Of a stretch of DNA of 64,000 nt, positions 62,021-64,000 are shown in pieces. Numbering within the stretch: position 1 is the stretch's first letter; the number at the start of each line of letters is the position of its first letter. The translations under genes were made by a program, and so were the position numbers. The stretch comes from Azolla caroliniana (lineage: Eukaryota; Plantae; Polypodiophyta): the NCBI GenBank assembly GCA_043228905.1, contig JBHGNT010000004.1:13516001-13580000 (forward strand), read 5' to 3'. The notes below the pieces were generated by a model. That model saw nothing but the letters and a program-made list of their open reading frames with translations. It was not told the DNA's origin and made no database searches.

Positions 62021-64000
62021 TGTCATAATATGGCAAGACTCGAACCCATGACCTTATGGTATATGGGTCGAGCTCTTAACCATCACACCATCTATTGTAA
62101 TTCATAGGATATTATTTTCATTTATATTTTATTATAAGAAAGTAATGTATATTCCAGATTTCTCTGGAACATTCTAGAAGTTTCAAGATTACTCCTGACA
62201 ACACTATAAAAGAAGGCACTAGGCATTATGTTGAACCAAATTGGTTCAACGCCAGTCTTAAGCCTCTCAGCCGCTTTGTACTTATCTTTTCACATAATAT
62301 ATTAGCTGTTATCATCATCTTTTTCTCTCTCTCTCATCCTCGCTATCTCTCTCTCTCCTCTTAATACTAATAATACTACTCTTCTTAGTACTAATTCCAT
62401 CTCTGCTTTAGTACTATTCCTGACAGTTTGAACCAATTTGCCTTTCCTCCAGCCTACTTGCTGTTCTCCCTCATCCTCCTACCCTTTTCCCTATACTATG
62501 GCTACTGTTAGTGCCCAAGAATATCAATCCGTTTTCTCCGAGTTACAGTGCCTAAAAGAAAAGTTTGTTGCCCTGGAACAAGAAAACCAACGGTTGATAG
62601 GGGATCTGCAACAAATCGCTCTCGAAAAACAACAAACGCAACAACAACATGGGGAGTTAGCATTACGGGTACAACAACTCGAAGCAGCGTTGCAACATCA
62701 AGGATCAAGTCCCCAAGGATTTCATAAAGAGCCCAAGATTGGACTTCCTGTGAAATTTGATGGAACGCGATCGCAATTCTGGGGATTCCTTAATCAGGTA
62801 CGCTTCGTCATCCAGATGCATCCTTCCCGATATCCCACTGATGCATCTCGAGTCGGCCTAATAGGCACGTTACTTAGTGGCTCAACCTTGGCATGGTTCA
62901 CTCCGCTTCTAGAAAAACAATCACCCTTGCTTAATAACTTTGAAGATTTTATTGGTGAGTTTAAGGCCTGCTTTGGAGATACCAACAGCATCAGGACGGC
63001 GATCAACAAGATCCGAAGAATGCGTCAAGGCGATCGTCCAGCCTCTGCATACGTGGCGGATTTCCTTCTACTCGCCTTAGATATTCCCTGGGATGATCAG
63101 GCCCTCATGGAGCAATTTCGCTACGGCTTGCGCAATGATGTCAAAGATCTGCTTTTAACCTTCCTAGAAGAACCAAAGTCTCTTACGGAGGCAATCAGTC
63201 GAGCGGTCCGATGCGACAACCGCCTTTTCGAACGGCGTTCGGAGCATCAGTTACAAATACCACGCTCTTGGCCGGAACCCACATACGCCTCAGTCATGGC
63301 TAAACCGTTTGCACGCGATGTACCTCAAGCCAATATTCCGACACCGATGGAGATCGACACCATGCGTCGACGCGGCCCGTTATCGGAAGAAGAAAAGCAA
63401 CGACGACGTGCCAATCGATTATGTCTTTATTGCGGTGGACCAGGGCACATCGCCATCAATTGTCCCCATAGGCCAAGAAGACAGGTAAATCAAATCGTCG
63501 CTTGTACTAAACCCGAGTCAATTCTTCCCTTCGGAGTGTCTGATAGTATTAATAGTACTAATAGAGTGTCAGATAGTATTCATAGTACTAATAGCCCAAG
63601 TATCTCAAACAAATTTGAAATCCTTAGTCAATTAGATGAAGAGTTAAACGATTAAGTCCAACCAAAATAGGAGCCATTTGGTTGGACAACAGCCCTAGAT
63701 CTGTACAGCCCATTAGTGGTTCCATTCCTTCCAAGCAAGTTAGCAATGTGTTCCTAGCCCAAGTCATTGTTAGTACTAAAAGTACTCCCCCAGTACCCGT
63801 CCTAGCACTCTTAGATTTCGGAGCTAATTCCTGTTTCATGGATCGAAATTTTGCCCAAGCTTCTTAGATATCCCTAAGAAAACTTCCTTGTCCCGCATCT
63901 GTAGTAGTCATTGATGGTTGTCCCATTGCTTCTGGGAATATTGTAGAAGAATCAGAACCCATTCAAGTTGTCCTAGGTAGTTTTGTGTGTGTAATATCAT
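62021..64000 (+). mobile_element. Tcn1/sushi-like chromovirus 5' part; LTR 62021-62425
   Basis: TGTCA...TGACA LTR, self-priming site at 62428-62439, gag, then protease ALLDFGANSCFMD. Runs off the window end. Confidence 0.88.
62498..63655 (+). CDS. gag: Chromovirus Gag (open frame)
   Basis: EPKIGLPVKFDGTRS..LLSGSTLAWF, MRQGDRPASAY, PTPMEID and CLYCGGPGHIAINC motifs. Confidence 0.9.
   Translation: MATVSAQEYQSVFSELQCLKEKFVALEQENQRLIGDLQQIALEKQQTQQQHGELALRVQQLEAALQHQGSSPQGFHKEPKIGLPVKFDGTRSQFWGFLNQVRFVIQMHPSRYPTDASRVGLIGTLLSGSTLAWFTPLLEKQSPLLNNFEDFIGEFKACFGDTNSIRTAINKIRRMRQGDRPASAYVADFLLLALDIPWDDQALMEQFRYGLRNDVKDLLLTFLEEPKSLTEAISRAVRCDNRLFERRSEHQLQIPRSWPEPTYASVMAKPFARDVPQANIPTPMEIDTMRRRGPLSEEEKQRRRANRLCLYCGGPGHIAINCPHRPRRQVNQIVACTKPESILPFGVSDSINSTNRVSDSIHSTNSPSISNKFEILSQLDEELND

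Overview
This is repeat-dense land-plant nuclear DNA; a fern or other seed-free plant is my inference from the retroelement lineages and the long intronless PLS-PPR gene. Most of it is nested Ty1/copia, Ty3/gypsy and LINE debris around one intact host gene, a PLS-E PPR at 10919-13603. The standout is a cut-and-paste DNA transposon found as two separated arms that end in the same 36-bp terminus (9504-9539 and 22777-22812, 32/36 identical). One arm carries a decayed, intron-containing gene for a ParB-like domain fused to a beta-class N4C/N6A-type DNA methyltransferase (6096-8588). The other carries a decayed DDD transposase (19589-22446), a divergent promoter and an array of 13 long palindromes. 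The copia RNase H sequences outside the two termini rejoin in frame across a 4-bp AGTA duplication. This indicates a single insertion, later split by an inversion (or assembly flip) that includes the PPR gene. Secondary observations: co-varying self-priming signals in two chromovirus LTRs, antisense tRNA-like modules in six LTRs, and an ACG target preference for the tRNA-Trp-primed gypsy family. All calls were made by eye with no database search, and boundaries marked approximate may be off by tens of bases.
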